NCBI GenBank assembly: GCA_038060895.1
Contig: JBBTCT010000009.1
Location: forward strand, 112,082-176,081
Reading direction: 5' to 3'
DNA from: Planctomycetota bacterium
GTDB lineage: Bacteria > Planctomycetota > MHYJ01 > WSZJ01
DNA: 64,000 bases
Positions 53,274 through 63,549 of the stretch are shown here, piece after piece. Under the pieces are notes generated by a model. The model was not told where the DNA came from. It did not search any database and was given only the letters and a program-made list of their open reading frames with translations. How positions within the stretch are numbered: position 1 is the first letter of the stretch; every line of letters starts with the position of its first letter. A program made the position numbers and the translations under genes.

Positions 53274-55220
53274 ATGAAAGACGCTTCACTTCCGGCCTTC
53301 GCGGGCGCCGACTGGACGATCAACCCGCAGCGCGGCCTATGGCGCGACTCGCGCCTCTTCATTCCAACCACGCCGGAAGAAGTCCGCGACCGCGGGTGGG
53401 ACGCCGTGGACGTGGTGCTGGTGAGCGGCGACGCTTATGTGGACCATCCTGCGTTCGGGACGGCGATCGTGGCGCGATTGCTGGAGAAGGCGGGATTTCG
53501 CGTGGCGATCCTGACGCAGCCGGACTGGAAGAGCGTGGAGAGTTTCAGGATCTTTGGCAAGCCGCGGCTGTACTTCGGAGTCACGGCGGGCGTGCTGGAT
53601 TCGATGGTGAACCATTACACGGGCAACCGGAAGATCCGTCGCAACGACGATTACGGACCGGGGGGCAAGGCGGGGTTCCGGCCAAATCGCGCGGTCACGG
53701 TCTATGCGAACAGAATCCGCGAGGCGTACAAGGACGCGCCGATCGTGCTGGGCGGGTGCGAGGCGTCGCTCCGGCGTTTTGCCCACTACGACTGGTGGGA
53801 CGACAAGGTGCGGCGCTCGATCCTCCTCGATACGCGCGCGGACATTCTCTGCTACGGCATGGCGGACGGCACGATCGTCGAGGTGACGAAGCGCCTCGCG
53901 GAGGGCAGAAGCTGCGAGGACCTGCAGGGCGTGGCGTTTGTGACGAAAGACCTTTCGAGTATCGCGAACCCTGCGGTTCTGCATTCGTACGAGGAAGTCG
54001 CCGCGGACAAGTGGAAATACGCGCGCAGCTTCAAGGAGTACTTCGGCGAGCAGTCGCCGTGGCGCGCGCGGCCCGTCGCGCAGAAGCATGCCGAATGGTA
54101 CGTCGTACAGAACCAGCCGGCGATCCCGCTCGACGAGAAGCAGATGGACGAAGTCCACGGGCTTCCCTACACGCGGCGCTGGCACCCCAAGTACGACGCG
54201 GCCGGCGGCGTGCCGGCGCTCGAAACCGTTCGATGGTCGATCACCTCGCATCGCGGCTGTTACGGCGCGTGCTCTTTCTGTGCCATCTACTTTCACCAGG
54301 GCGGGTGGATTTCGTCGAGGAGCGAAAAGAGCGTGGTCGATGAAGCGACGGCGCTGGCGGGCGACCCGAATTTCAAGGGAAGCATCAGCGACGTCGGCGG
54401 CCCGACGGCGAACATGTACAAGACCGGCTGCGACATCGAGATCAAGAAAACGTGCCGCTTCGAACACTGCCTCGCGCCGAGCGTCTGCAAGCACCTCAAG
54501 GTCGATCACAAGCCGTACATGAAGCTGCTCGAGGCTGTGCGCGCGGTCAAAAACGTCAAGCACGTCCGTGTCGCCACGGGCGTGCGCTACGACATGGCCA
54601 CGATGCCCGGAAGCGAGGGCTTCATTGAGCTCCTCTGCAAACACTACGTGGGCGGCCAGCTCAAGGTCGCGCCGGAACACGCTTCGGAAAAGTCGCTGAA
54701 GGCGATGAACAAGCCGCCGATTCACAAGTACGACGAGTTTCTCAAGCGCTACCGCGAGGAAAACGCGAAGCTCGGCCGCAAGCAGTACCAGGTCCAGTAC
54801 TTCATCGCGGGCCACCCCGGCACCGACATCCACGAAGCGATCAAGCTCGCCGAGTACATCCGCGACCAGGGCTTCTTCAACGAGCAGATCCAGGATTTCA
54901 CGCCGACGCCGATGACCGCTTCGACCTGCATGTACCACACGGGCATCGACCCGACGAACATGAAGCCGGTCTACGTCCCGAAGACCGCCCGCGAGCGGCG
55001 ATGGCACCGGGCCCTCTGCCAGTTCAGCGACCCGAAGAACTGGCACGACGTCCGCGACGCGCTCATGGCGGCCGGGCGAAGCGACCTGATCGGGCACCAC
55101 GATCGCGCGCTCATTGGCCCAAGCCCCGGACAGGTGAATCGCAGGTTTCAGCGCCGTCGGGAGGAACAGCGGACATACGTTCCGCAGATCATGGCCGAGA
55201 AGGACGACGTTTTCGAATAG
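53274..55220 (+). CDS. ygiQ: YgiQ family radical SAM protein (UPF0313)
   Basis: SGDAYVDHP, DSMVNHYT, EASLRRFAHYD, RGCYGACSFC, DVGGPTANMY, KVAPEH, QDFTPTP. Confidence 0.93.
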   Translation: MKDASLPAFAGADWTINPQRGLWRDSRLFIPTTPEEVRDRGWDAVDVVLVSGDAYVDHPAFGTAIVARLLEKAGFRVAILTQPDWKSVESFRIFGKPRLYFGVTAGVLDSMVNHYTGNRKIRRNDDYGPGGKAGFRPNRAVTVYANRIREAYKDAPIVLGGCEASLRRFAHYDWWDDKVRRSILLDTRADILCYGMADGTIVEVTKRLAEGRSCEDLQGVAFVTKDLSSIANPAVLHSYEEVAADKWKYARSFKEYFGEQSPWRARPVAQKHAEWYVVQNQPAIPLDEKQMDEVHGLPYTRRWHPKYDAAGGVPALETVRWSITSHRGCYGACSFCAIYFHQGGWISSRSEKSVVDEATALAGDPNFKGSISDVGGPTANMYKTGCDIEIKKTCRFEHCLAPSVCKHLKVDHKPYMKLLEAVRAVKNVKHVRVATGVRYDMATMPGSEGFIELLCKHYVGGQLKVAPEHASEKSLKAMNKPPIHKYDEFLKRYREENAKLGRKQYQVQYFIAGHPGTDIHEAIKLAEYIRDQGFFNEQIQDFTPTPMTASTCMYHTGIDPTNMKPVYVPKTARERRWHRALCQFSDPKNWHDVRDALMAAGRSDLIGHHDRALIGPSPGQVNRRFQRRREEQRTYVPQIMAEKDDVFE

Positions 55221-55320
55221 CAGCCGGCCAACGCGCGGCCAACCTCTTCGTAGATCAATCGTCACGAACGGCCGCTTCCTCCGTTAAACTGGGCGCACTT
55301 CTTCCGCGAAAGATCTCTTC

Positions 55321-55932
55321 ATGAGCCTCCGCCCCCCGCCGCGTCCGCGTCCCGCCCCTCCGGAAACGGGCGTCGATGCCCTGGCGGCGTTCGACCTCGC
55401 AGTCAAGGCTGCGGAGACGATCCTCGCCGAGGCCTTGCCGAGACTCGACCGGCTGGCGCGCGATGCCGAGCAGACGCGCCAGGACCTGGAAGCGCTGCTG
55501 ACGACGCTTCGGGAAACGGCGGAAGATCTTCGAAATCCCGACGGCGTGCGCAGTCCGACGCCTGAAGTCATGGATATCGAGGAAGCGGAGCCGCTCGTGA
55601 CGCCCCCGCCGAGGAAGAGCGCGCCGCCCGGAGTGCGGAAAGTGGTGCCGCCGCCGGTGCCGCCTGAGGCTCTGGGGGAGACGACGGACATGGGGCCGCG
55701 CAAGACTTCGCCGCTCGAAGAGACGTCGGAAATGCCGCAGGTGCCGCCGCGGGAAGAGTGGCCGGCGGCGAAGCCGCCCGCAAAGGAAGAAGAAGCGATC
55801 CGCTTCCATTGCGAGAAGTGCGGTACGAAGCTCTCGGCGCCCGCGAAATATGTCGGCAAGGCGGCGTCCTGCAAGTGCGGCCACCGGTCGACGATCCCGC
55901 CGAAATCGACGCGCGAGCGCGGAGGGAAGTAG
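55321..55932 (+). CDS. Hypothetical protein with C-terminal zinc ribbon
   Basis: Coiled coil, Pro-rich linker, IRFHCEKCG...GKAASCKCG. Confidence 0.7.
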   Translation: MSLRPPPRPRPAPPETGVDALAAFDLAVKAAETILAEALPRLDRLARDAEQTRQDLEALLTTLRETAEDLRNPDGVRSPTPEVMDIEEAEPLVTPPPRKSAPPGVRKVVPPPVPPEALGETTDMGPRKTSPLEETSEMPQVPPREEWPAAKPPAKEEEAIRFHCEKCGTKLSAPAKYVGKAASCKCGHRSTIPPKSTRERGGK

Positions 55933-55988
55933 GACGCGTCGGGGTGGTGCGAGCTCCGCGAATTCTCCCGAGAGGTAGAATCGCCGGC

Positions 55989-57164
55989 ATGGCAGAGGTT
56001 CCGCCCGGCCCGCTGTACTCCCACGAGGACCCGTTGTCGGCCCTCAACACCGCGATGGCGCTGAGCGGAAAGATCGAGGCGATCCACGCGGACATTATCC
56101 GGCAGGTCGACGCGGTGGATCGCATCGCCATTGCGACGTACGACGGCGCGACGGACCTGCTCAAGACGTTCGTCGCCAGCAGCGGTCCGAAAAACACGCT
56201 CGTCTACTATGACGCGAAGCTTTCGGACTCGGCATCCCTTCAGGAGATCATCCGGGTCGGCCGCCCTCGCGTCGTCAACAACCTCGACCTCTTCCGCAAG
56301 GGACAGCACGTCCATACGCAGGTGATCAAAGAACTCGGGTTCCGCTCGAGCTATACGATGCCGATGTACCAGAACGGGACTTTCTGGGGGTTCGTCTTTT
56401 TCAACTCCCTCCAGTCCGACGTCTTCACGCCCGAGCGCCTCGCGCTGCTCGACGTCTACGGCCACCTCATCGCAACACTGGTGACTGGCGAACTCCTGGC
56501 CGTCCGCGTCCTCGCCGCCGCCGTCCGGACCGCTCACGACATGGTTCATTTCAGGGATCCTGAAACGGGCGCCCACATCGACCGCATGTCGCGCTATTCA
56601 CGCCTGATCGCGCGCCATCTGGCCGCTTCCGGAATCCACCGCATCGACGACCGGACGATCGAGCGCATTTTCGAATTCGCGCCGCTTCATGACCTGGGCA
56701 AGATCGGCGTTCCCGACCGCATTCTGCTGAAGCCCGGGGAACTGACCCCCGAAGAGCGCGAGCAGATGAAGCTGCACACGACGCGCGGGGCCGCGATGGT
56801 CGATTCGATTGCGCGCAATTTCGGCCTCGAGCACATCGAGGGGCTCGATCTCCTGCGCCACATCGCGGAATCCCACCACGAGACGCTGGACGGAAGCGGG
56901 TACCCGCGCGGGCTCAAGGGGGAGGAGATTCCGCTGGAGGCGCGGATTGTCGCCGTCGCCGACGTGTTTGACGCGCTGACGAGCGTGCGCCCGTACAAGG
57001 CTGCGTGGTCGAATGCCGAAGCCTTCGGGTTCCTGAGGAAACTCTCGAAAGTGAAACTGGACAGGGACTGCGTCGAAGCCCTGATCCAGAATGAGAACGA
57101 GGTGAAGGAGATCCAGCGGCAGTTCACGGACGCGGCGCCGGAGCGGGAAGGGAAGCGCGGCTGA
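55989..57164 (+). CDS. GAF + HD-GYP phosphodiesterase
   Basis: RDPETGAH, HDLGK, HHETLDGSGYP, ADVFDAL, RPYK. Confidence 0.92.
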   Translation: MAEVPPGPLYSHEDPLSALNTAMALSGKIEAIHADIIRQVDAVDRIAIATYDGATDLLKTFVASSGPKNTLVYYDAKLSDSASLQEIIRVGRPRVVNNLDLFRKGQHVHTQVIKELGFRSSYTMPMYQNGTFWGFVFFNSLQSDVFTPERLALLDVYGHLIATLVTGELLAVRVLAAAVRTAHDMVHFRDPETGAHIDRMSRYSRLIARHLAASGIHRIDDRTIERIFEFAPLHDLGKIGVPDRILLKPGELTPEEREQMKLHTTRGAAMVDSIARNFGLEHIEGLDLLRHIAESHHETLDGSGYPRGLKGEEIPLEARIVAVADVFDALTSVRPYKAAWSNAEAFGFLRKLSKVKLDRDCVEALIQNENEVKEIQRQFTDAAPEREGKRG

Positions 57165-57586
57165 TGGACATCACCGACGACCCGGTACGGATGCGCGACC
57201 TTCTGGCCTCGGCGCGGACGATCGCCGTCGTCGGCGACTCGCCGAACCCGGCGCGCGACGCGCACCGGATCGCGGAGTACCTCATCGGCGCCGGTTACGA
57301 AGTGATCCCGGTCAACCCGCAGTACGCCGAAATTCACGGGCTGCGCTGCTATCCGACGCTTCAGTCCATCGGGCGCCCGGTCGACATCGTGGACATTTTC
57401 CGCCGCCCGGAGAACACGTCGGAGGTCATCGACGACGCGATCGCGGCGAAGGCGAAGTGCGCCTGGTTCCAGCTCGAAACGGTGGACGACGCCGCGGCGA
57501 AGCGCGCGGATGACGCGGGGCTCAGCACGGTGCGGAACGCGTGTACCATGGTCGCGCACCAGGTTCTCAGGATCCCGCGAAAGTAA
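57164..57586 (+). CDS. CoA-binding protein (YccU-like)
   Basis: TIAVVG.S....R, IPVNP, DIVDIFR, WFQ. Confidence 0.9.
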   Translation: MDITDDPVRMRDLLASARTIAVVGDSPNPARDAHRIAEYLIGAGYEVIPVNPQYAEIHGLRCYPTLQSIGRPVDIVDIFRRPENTSEVIDDAIAAKAKCAWFQLETVDDAAAKRADDAGLSTVRNACTMVAHQVLRIPRK

Positions 57587-57596
57587 GGAGTCCTCC

Positions 57597-58223
57597 ATGA
57601 AGTGGGCGCTTCCCCTCGTAATTGTCGCGGCGGTTCTTTCCGCAGTTGCCGCGGAGCCTCTGCCGAGGCGCGACGAAGGGGACGAAAAGGAGAAGTACGA
57701 CGGTCCCCTCGTCGGCGATAAGGCGCCTGCCTTTACCCTGAAACTCCTCGGGTCCGAAGAAACCCTGCGCCTCCGGGACCTTCGCGGCAAGCCAACGGTC
57801 CTCATTTTCGGGTCTTACACCTGATCACCCTTCCGCAACTCGGCCGTGGAGCTCGAGCAGATTTACCAGCGCTGGAAGAACGAGGTGAATTTCGTCGTCG
57901 TGTACCTCCGAGAGGCCCACCCGTGGCCCCGCAAAACGAAGAAGAAGGGGAAGACCATACTTCCGGAGCCGCGCACCATCGAGGAGCGCGAGAAGCACGG
58001 AGACTTCTGCACCACGGACCTGGGTCTCACCATTCCGATGGTCCTCGACGGCATGGACAACAAGGTCGGAGCGAAGTACTCAGGCTGGCCAGACCGGATC
58101 TTTGTCCTCGACGCGAAAGGGGTAATCGTCTGGAAGGCCGGCCGAGGGCCGTTCGGGTTCGTGCCGTGGAAGGCCGCGCGCGCATTCCGGAAACTGCTTG
58201 GGAAGTGGCCCGAGATGATTTAG
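57597..58223 (+). CDS. Secreted deiodinase-like (thioredoxin-fold) selenoprotein; Sec UGA at 57822-57824
   Basis: AAGGAG RBS, signal peptide, GDKAPAFTL, KPTVLIFGSYT-TGA-SPFR continuing in frame to VYLREAHP and YSGWPDRIF. Confidence 0.85.
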
Positions 58224-58253
58224 GTGTTGGAGTTGACTCAATCCGGAGGACGA

Positions 58254-59504
58254 ATGCACTGTCGGATCCAGGTTCGTTACGCCCGCGGCGTGGACAGGCT
58301 GCGTGTCGCGCGGAGCCTGCTGGGTCTCTGGAATGGAACCAACAGGCCCCAGCTCTGTCATGTGCCCGCGTCGGGGCGGCTCTATCCGGCGGATGAGGGC
58401 AGCCTGGCGGAGGACCTCGAGTTCGACGCGGAGCACGTCGCAGTCGTGACGCTCAAGCACCGTCGCCGCAACAAGGACACCGACAGCGTTCGACTGCGCT
58501 TTTGCGAATCCGGCCACGAGCCCGCGGCGGACGACGCGGGCGAATGCCACGTCAATTTCCATCACGAGCGGGTGGACCACTCGGAGCCCGGTTACACCCC
58601 CGCGGACCTCGTCGAGATCCTCGCCGGCCTCGTCGCCGCGGGTCCGGTTTCCGAAGCGTACTGCTTCGGCGGAGACCCGTTTGCAGTCGGCGACTTTCGC
58701 GAAGCCGCGCGGCGGGCGAAGCGGGTCGACACGGGCGCCGGTGTTTTCCGGTCCCTCTGGTGGCTGACGTTTGTACCCGAGCGACGCCTGGCGCCGACGC
58801 TCGCGGAGCTGGACCGGCTCGGGATCGAACACGCCGTTCCCCGGAGCATCCACGACCGGGGATCCATCGTTTCGCTTTCGCCGAAATACCCCGGGAATTC
58901 CCCCGGGTTCCACGAGACCATCCGCCGCATCCGGCAACTGTCACGCGAAGAGGCGATTCGATCCTGGGTTCTCGACCTGGAAACCCTGCCCGTGTTTCGC
59001 CTGGCAGGGAAAGCCCTCGAAATCCGGCCTTTCCCGGCTCTCGATCATGCCGCTCCCGGCTCCTCCGCGGGCAGCGAATCCTCAGAGGCCAACCGTCGTT
59101 TCAGCGATCTCGCCCGCTCCTTTGCGGCAGGCAGGACTTCGGAAGGCCCCGTCGCGCTCCCGGGTGGATTTCCGCAGGGACGACTGGACCTGTCGAAGCC
59201 GAGCCTGGAAGCGGTCGCTGCGTACTTCCTGCACCTGCAGACGCACCTCGACGAAGTCGGCGCTCCCCAGCTGCAGCTGACGCTTCAGGCCGCGGGCGCC
59301 TACCTCGGTGAAATAGCCCGCCTGAACGCAGCCGAAGAGTTCCACTGGAAGGAGCACGAAGACTGGACGCGGACGCACGCGACGCTCGCTTCGAGGTTGC
59401 GAGGCGCATCGGGGAAGTGCGCCGCGCTGGTGTCCGAAGTGGCGGGAGTGGCCCGGCCCATCGACCGCGTGATGGAGCTGTTCCCGGGGGTCGCCGCGAT
59501 CTAG
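58254..59504 (+). CDS. Hypothetical protein
   Basis: GGAGG RBS before ATG 58254; long ORF, no family recognised. Confidence 0.6.
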   Translation: MHCRIQVRYARGVDRLRVARSLLGLWNGTNRPQLCHVPASGRLYPADEGSLAEDLEFDAEHVAVVTLKHRRRNKDTDSVRLRFCESGHEPAADDAGECHVNFHHERVDHSEPGYTPADLVEILAGLVAAGPVSEAYCFGGDPFAVGDFREAARRAKRVDTGAGVFRSLWWLTFVPERRLAPTLAELDRLGIEHAVPRSIHDRGSIVSLSPKYPGNSPGFHETIRRIRQLSREEAIRSWVLDLETLPVFRLAGKALEIRPFPALDHAAPGSSAGSESSEANRRFSDLARSFAAGRTSEGPVALPGGFPQGRLDLSKPSLEAVAAYFLHLQTHLDEVGAPQLQLTLQAAGAYLGEIARLNAAEEFHWKEHEDWTRTHATLASRLRGASGKCAALVSEVAGVARPIDRVMELFPGVAAI

Positions 59505-60853
59505 TGCCCGCCGTCCGTCTCAGGCGGCCCGACGATGGTGATGATTTCCTTCAGCGCCGAATCTCGCTTCACTGCAGTTTTCGCCTCGAGATTCAGCCTG
59601 AGCACGGGCTCCGTGTTCGACTTCCGCACATTGCACCACCAGTCGCCATACTCGATCGTGATCCCGTCGAGGCGGTCCTGTTTGCCGTCGGCGAACTTCT
59701 TCGAGATCGTCTCGATCGCGCCGTCCTTGTCCTCGACATGGAAGTTGATCTCGCCGGTCGCGAAGTACCGCTTGAGCGGCGCCGAGTGCGCGGACGCCGG
59801 GCGCGAGTCGCCCATCAGCACGTTGAGCATGTGGACGAACGCGATCATCCCGCTGTCGGCGAACCAGTGCCCCCGGAAGTAATAGTGTCCGGACAGCTCG
59901 CCGCCGAAAGGCGCGTTCAGCTTGCGCATCGTCGCCTTCATGAACGCGTGCCCGACCCGGTCGCGGATCGCGCGTCCGCCAGCCGCTTCGACTTCCTCCT
60001 TCACGACCCACGACGAACGCAGGTCGTACACGATCGCCGCGCCCTTCTCCTTCGCCAGCATCCGGCGCGCCACCATCGCCGTGATAAAATCGCTCGCGAT
60101 CCGGTCGCCCTTCTCGTCCACAAACATGCACCGGTCTCCGTCGCCGTCAAACGCCGCGCCGAAGTCAGCCTTCGTCTCCCGCACCTTCGCCACCAGGTCG
60201 CGGATGTTCTCGTCCTTCAGCGGGTTGGGCTCGTGGTTGGGGAAGCGCCCGTCGGGCTGAAAGTACAGCGGGATGATCTCGAGAGGCCACGCGCCGAACA
60301 CCCTGTCGAAGAACTTCCCGACCATGCCGTTCGCCGTATCCACGACGATCTTCATTTTCCGCGGCGGCACCGTCAGGAATGATCGGACGTGTTTGGTGTA
60401 GCCCTCGAAGACGTCGCTCTGCGTCGTGAACCCGCGATCCACCGATGCCCGCGGAGTCTCCGTCATCGCCAGCACCGCCCGCTCGATGTCCTTGATCCCC
60501 GCAACTTCAGACAGCGGGATTGCTTCCTCCCGGCAAAGCTTGATCCCCGTGTACTTCGGCGGGTTGTGGGAAGCGGTGACCATGGCCCCACCGCCGTACT
60601 TCCCGGTGCCCACGGCGAAGTAAATCATCGGGGTCGTGCATTGCCCGATGTCGACGACGTTCGTCCCCGCGTCGGCGATTCCCTTGATGAGCGCCCGCGA
60701 CATGGAAGGAGAAGACTCGCGCGCGTCGCGGCCGACGACGATGGTCTTCGTCCGCAGGTAACCGGCCAACGCGTGGCCGACACGTTCGGCAGTTTCTTCG
60801 TGCATCTCCGTCGGGTAGATCCCGCGGATGTCGTACGCCTTGTAGATGCCCAT
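59501..60853 (-). CDS. Phosphomannomutase/phosphoglucomutase
   Basis: KAYDIRG, TASHNP, FDGDGDR, GELSGH, RKSNTEP. Confidence 0.95.
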   Translation of the reverse strand: MGIYKAYDIRGIYPTEMHEETAERVGHALAGYLRTKTIVVGRDARESSPSMSRALIKGIADAGTNVVDIGQCTTPMIYFAVGTGKYGGGAMVTASHNPPKYTGIKLCREEAIPLSEVAGIKDIERAVLAMTETPRASVDRGFTTQSDVFEGYTKHVRSFLTVPPRKMKIVVDTANGMVGKFFDRVFGAWPLEIIPLYFQPDGRFPNHEPNPLKDENIRDLVAKVRETKADFGAAFDGDGDRCMFVDEKGDRIASDFITAMVARRMLAKEKGAAIVYDLRSSWVVKEEVEAAGGRAIRDRVGHAFMKATMRKLNAPFGGELSGHYYFRGHWFADSGMIAFVHMLNVLMGDSRPASAHSAPLKRYFATGEINFHVEDKDGAIETISKKFADGKQDRLDGITIEYGDWWCNVRKSNTEPVLRLNLEAKTAVKRDSALKEIITIVGPPETDGGH

Positions 60854-61056
60854 GTGTTCCTTGCTCTTGAATCGAAGGACGTCCACGCCCGTTGCCCGGG
60901 CCATTGATCCTTGAAAATCGGAAATTGAACATCGAAAACTCCTCCGTAGCCGCCGTCAGCTACACTTTCGGAACTGCCGGACACAGGGCCGGCGAATTCC
61001 GTCATTCCTGCCGAACATCGGGTCGGCGAAACACGAGACACGTTACGGAGGTTCCC

Positions 61057-61590
61057 ATGTCGAAATCTCTCTCTTCGCCCGCCGTCCGCACCGAACAGGT
61101 TCTTCTCATCGTGTTTGCTGACCTGACGCGCTACATGGCCGGCTCCCGCGGCACGCCCGATGCCGCCCTCGCCGACCTCATGGACGCGTATTACTGCTTC
61201 GCTGAATCGCAAGTCGCGCGCACCGGCGGCCGGCTCGTGAAGTTCATGGGCGACGCATTCCTCGCCGTCTGGCCGGAGGCCGAAGCGGCGGCCGCCGCAG
61301 GATCGCTTGCCAGTGTCAAACAAAACATCGACTCCTGGTGGGCGTCGAATGCCTGGGAGTCGCGCCTCGTCGTGAAGGCCCATCTCGGCCGCGTTGTCGC
61401 GGGCCCATTCGGAGCGGAGGGCCGGTTCGACGTTATCGGGAATGAGGTCAACATTGCGGCGACCCTGCCCGCCCGGACGATCGCGATTTCTCCGGAAGTG
61501 TTCCGGTGCCTCGGTGAGGCGGAGAGGAAGGCGTGGAAGAAGCACACGCCGCAGGTGGTTTACATTCCGGGCGAAGATCCGAGGCCATGA
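61057..61590 (+). CDS. Stand-alone class III nucleotidyl cyclase domain protein
   Basis: GGAGG RBS; FADLTRY, VKFMGDA, FDVIGNEVN. Confidence 0.8.
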   Translation: MSKSLSSPAVRTEQVLLIVFADLTRYMAGSRGTPDAALADLMDAYYCFAESQVARTGGRLVKFMGDAFLAVWPEAEAAAAAGSLASVKQNIDSWWASNAWESRLVVKAHLGRVVAGPFGAEGRFDVIGNEVNIAATLPARTIAISPEVFRCLGEAERKAWKKHTPQVVYIPGEDPRP

Positions 61591-61606
61591 TGCCCGGAAT
61601 GGGGTG

Positions 61607-62062
61607 TCAAGGCTCGGCGTAGATCAGGCACTGACGGCACTCCCTCCCGCGCTGCATCATGAAAAGGGCTTCGCTGCAGCGCGGGCAACGGGAGAGTGGG
61701 CGGAACCGGGGGCGGGTCGCATCCTGGAACCACCAGTACCGAGTCGGTTCGTCGCGATTCAGCCGTCGCACGAGTTCGAGCCCAAATTCGTGAACCTCGC
61801 CCGCCGGATTCAGAAGCTGCCGGCGGGCCCAGCCTTCGTATTCACCACTGGCGAGCCATAGCCGATAGAGCGAGTCCGCGAGGCCGGACCAATGCTTCAG
61901 CCCACTCACGACGAGTCTCGCCAGGCGCAGTCGCGACATGGGCACGTCTTTCCTGCACCGAAGGCACATCAAGGGTTCGGCCGAAAGTCGACTCACGAGG
62001 ACGACCCCTTGCCGTCCAGGACAGCGGCAACGCCCGGTGCGGTTTCGACGGCTGGAGTTCAT
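61607..62062 (-). CDS. Zn-ribbon protein (DUF2310-like)
   Basis: CRC, PLMCLRC, LWLASGEYEGWA, CPRC, CRQC. Confidence 0.65.
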   Translation of the reverse strand: MNSSRRNRTGRCRCPGRQGVVLVSRLSAEPLMCLRCRKDVPMSRLRLARLVVSGLKHWSGLADSLYRLWLASGEYEGWARRQLLNPAGEVHEFGLELVRRLNRDEPTRYWWFQDATRPRFRPLSRCPRCSEALFMMQRGRECRQCLIYAEP

Positions 62063-62463
62063 CGCGCGAAAACTGCTCGAAATCCTGCCTGCTCGAAATG
62101 ACGGTCCGCGGTAAGCGCTTCACCGAGCCTGCGGGCTCTCATGATTTCGAAGGAGGTGCAGTCCGTCAGTGACCATGCTTTGTCGGGACGAGAGGCATAG
62201 TGAGCGGCCCCAGCGGTCAACTGAGCTCTTGTCGCGCCCAAAACGCGAAATCGACAAAGCGATGGGATGCCTGCAAGGAACGAGGAGAACCGGTTTCTCC
62301 TCGATGGGGCAGAGAGTGCGTCGCCCACCTCGACGAGAATCCAATCGCAAGTGACGACCTTGCGGTCGAGCGCGATCGTAAACTCCTCAACAGCCTCGTG
62401 CGATTCGTCCTCAGGATTCAGAAGTGCCAGGAAGTACCAGGCATCCGCGAAACAGGAGTTCAC
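62059..62463 (-). CDS. vapC: PIN-domain VapC toxin
   Basis: FADAWYFLAL, ILVE, SLTDCTSF, LTADRHFEQAG. Confidence 0.9.
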   Translation of the reverse strand: MNSCFADAWYFLALLNPEDESHEAVEEFTIALDRKVVTCDWILVEVGDALSAPSRRNRFSSFLAGIPSLCRFRVLGATRAQLTAGAAHYASRPDKAWSLTDCTSFEIMRARRLGEALTADRHFEQAGFRAVFAR

Positions 62464-62696
62464 CGCTTCGGCGTTCCGTGGATGTAGTGATCGTGATTCC
62501 GGGCGAAGTCGCGTGGAAGGCCTTTGATGACGCCGGAGAAAGAGAGAAGGTATCGCCGGAGTTTCAGGATTTCCGGGTCGATGGGGCGGCTTTTCCCGGG
62601 CGGGGCCTTACCAGCAGGAACTTCGAGTTTTCTGCCGATTCGTCGCGCCTGAACGGCATCGCGAGCTCGGCTATGGGGTGTTTTGTGGCTGCTCAT
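62460..62696 (-). CDS. Putative antitoxin (VapB-like)
   Basis: GTGA overlap with vapC; C-terminal GLPRDFARNHDHYIHG typical of PIN-associated antitoxins. Confidence 0.7.
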   Translation of the reverse strand: MSSHKTPHSRARDAVQARRIGRKLEVPAGKAPPGKSRPIDPEILKLRRYLLSFSGVIKGLPRDFARNHDHYIHGTPKR

Positions 62697-62698
62697 GG

Positions 62699-63499
62699 CT
62701 ATTTTTCCAGCTTCCACTTCGGCGACTGCCCGAAGAACGAGTGCGGGTTGTCCCAGACAACCTTCTGAATCTCCGACTCGCTGAACCCGTCGGACCACAT
62801 CAGGTCGATGGTCTTCGGGACGGCCAGCGGATCGCTCGGGCCCCAGTCGGCAGCGCTGTTCATCAGCATGCGGTCGGTGCCGTACTTCTTGAGCACGGCG
62901 ACCATGCGCGGCGGGCTCATCTTGCTGACGGGATAGATCGTGAACCCGCACGTGACCTGCCCGCACGCGAGGGACATCTCGATCGTCTCCTCGGTGTTGT
63001 GATCGATCAGGATGCGCTTCGTGGTCAGCCCCATCTTCTCGATGCACTTGATCGTGCGCTCGGTGCCCTGCGGCTTTTTCACGTGCGGCGTGTGGATCAG
63101 GATCAGCTGGTTGTGCTTCTCAGCCCAATCCATCTGCCGCTTCATGATGTCTTCTTCGGCATCCGTAATCAGGTCGAATCCGACCTCGCCGATGCCGAGG
63201 CAGTTCGGCGCATCGACGTATTTGTACATGCCGTCCACCGCCTTGCTCGCGATCGCGTTGCGGGCTTCCTTCGGGTTCACCGCAAGGAACGTGTAGTGCG
63301 CGACGCCGTACTTTTTCGCGCGCTGCGGCTCAAACGTCGTGATGTGATTGAAATAATCCCAGAACGACTCCGGGTACTGGCGGTCGCTTCCCAGCCAGAA
63401 CCCGGGCTCAATCACGCACTGGACGCCGTTGGCGGACATCCGCTGATAGTCGTCGGTCGTGCGCGAGAACATGTGAACGTGCGGGTCGATGATCTTCAT
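62699..63499 (-). CDS. TatD-family amidohydrolase (EboB-like)
   Basis: DPHVHMFSRTTDDY, NPKEA, GEVG, HTPH, IDHN, NSAADWG. Confidence 0.88.
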   Translation of the reverse strand: MKIIDPHVHMFSRTTDDYQRMSANGVQCVIEPGFWLGSDRQYPESFWDYFNHITTFEPQRAKKYGVAHYTFLAVNPKEARNAIASKAVDGMYKYVDAPNCLGIGEVGFDLITDAEEDIMKRQMDWAEKHNQLILIHTPHVKKPQGTERTIKCIEKMGLTTKRILIDHNTEETIEMSLACGQVTCGFTIYPVSKMSPPRMVAVLKKYGTDRMLMNSAADWGPSDPLAVPKTIDLMWSDGFSESEIQKVVWDNPHSFFGQSPKWKLEK

Positions 63500-63549
63500 G
63501 CGGGTCCTTTCCCGGGGGCACTCTTCGACGTCTGCCCGACTGGACGATT

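Noticed and set aside
62460-63047. 195-aa ORF as annotated in the track
   Set aside because: Its N-terminal part overlaps the TatD gene in another frame; only 62460-62696 is a plausible antitoxin.
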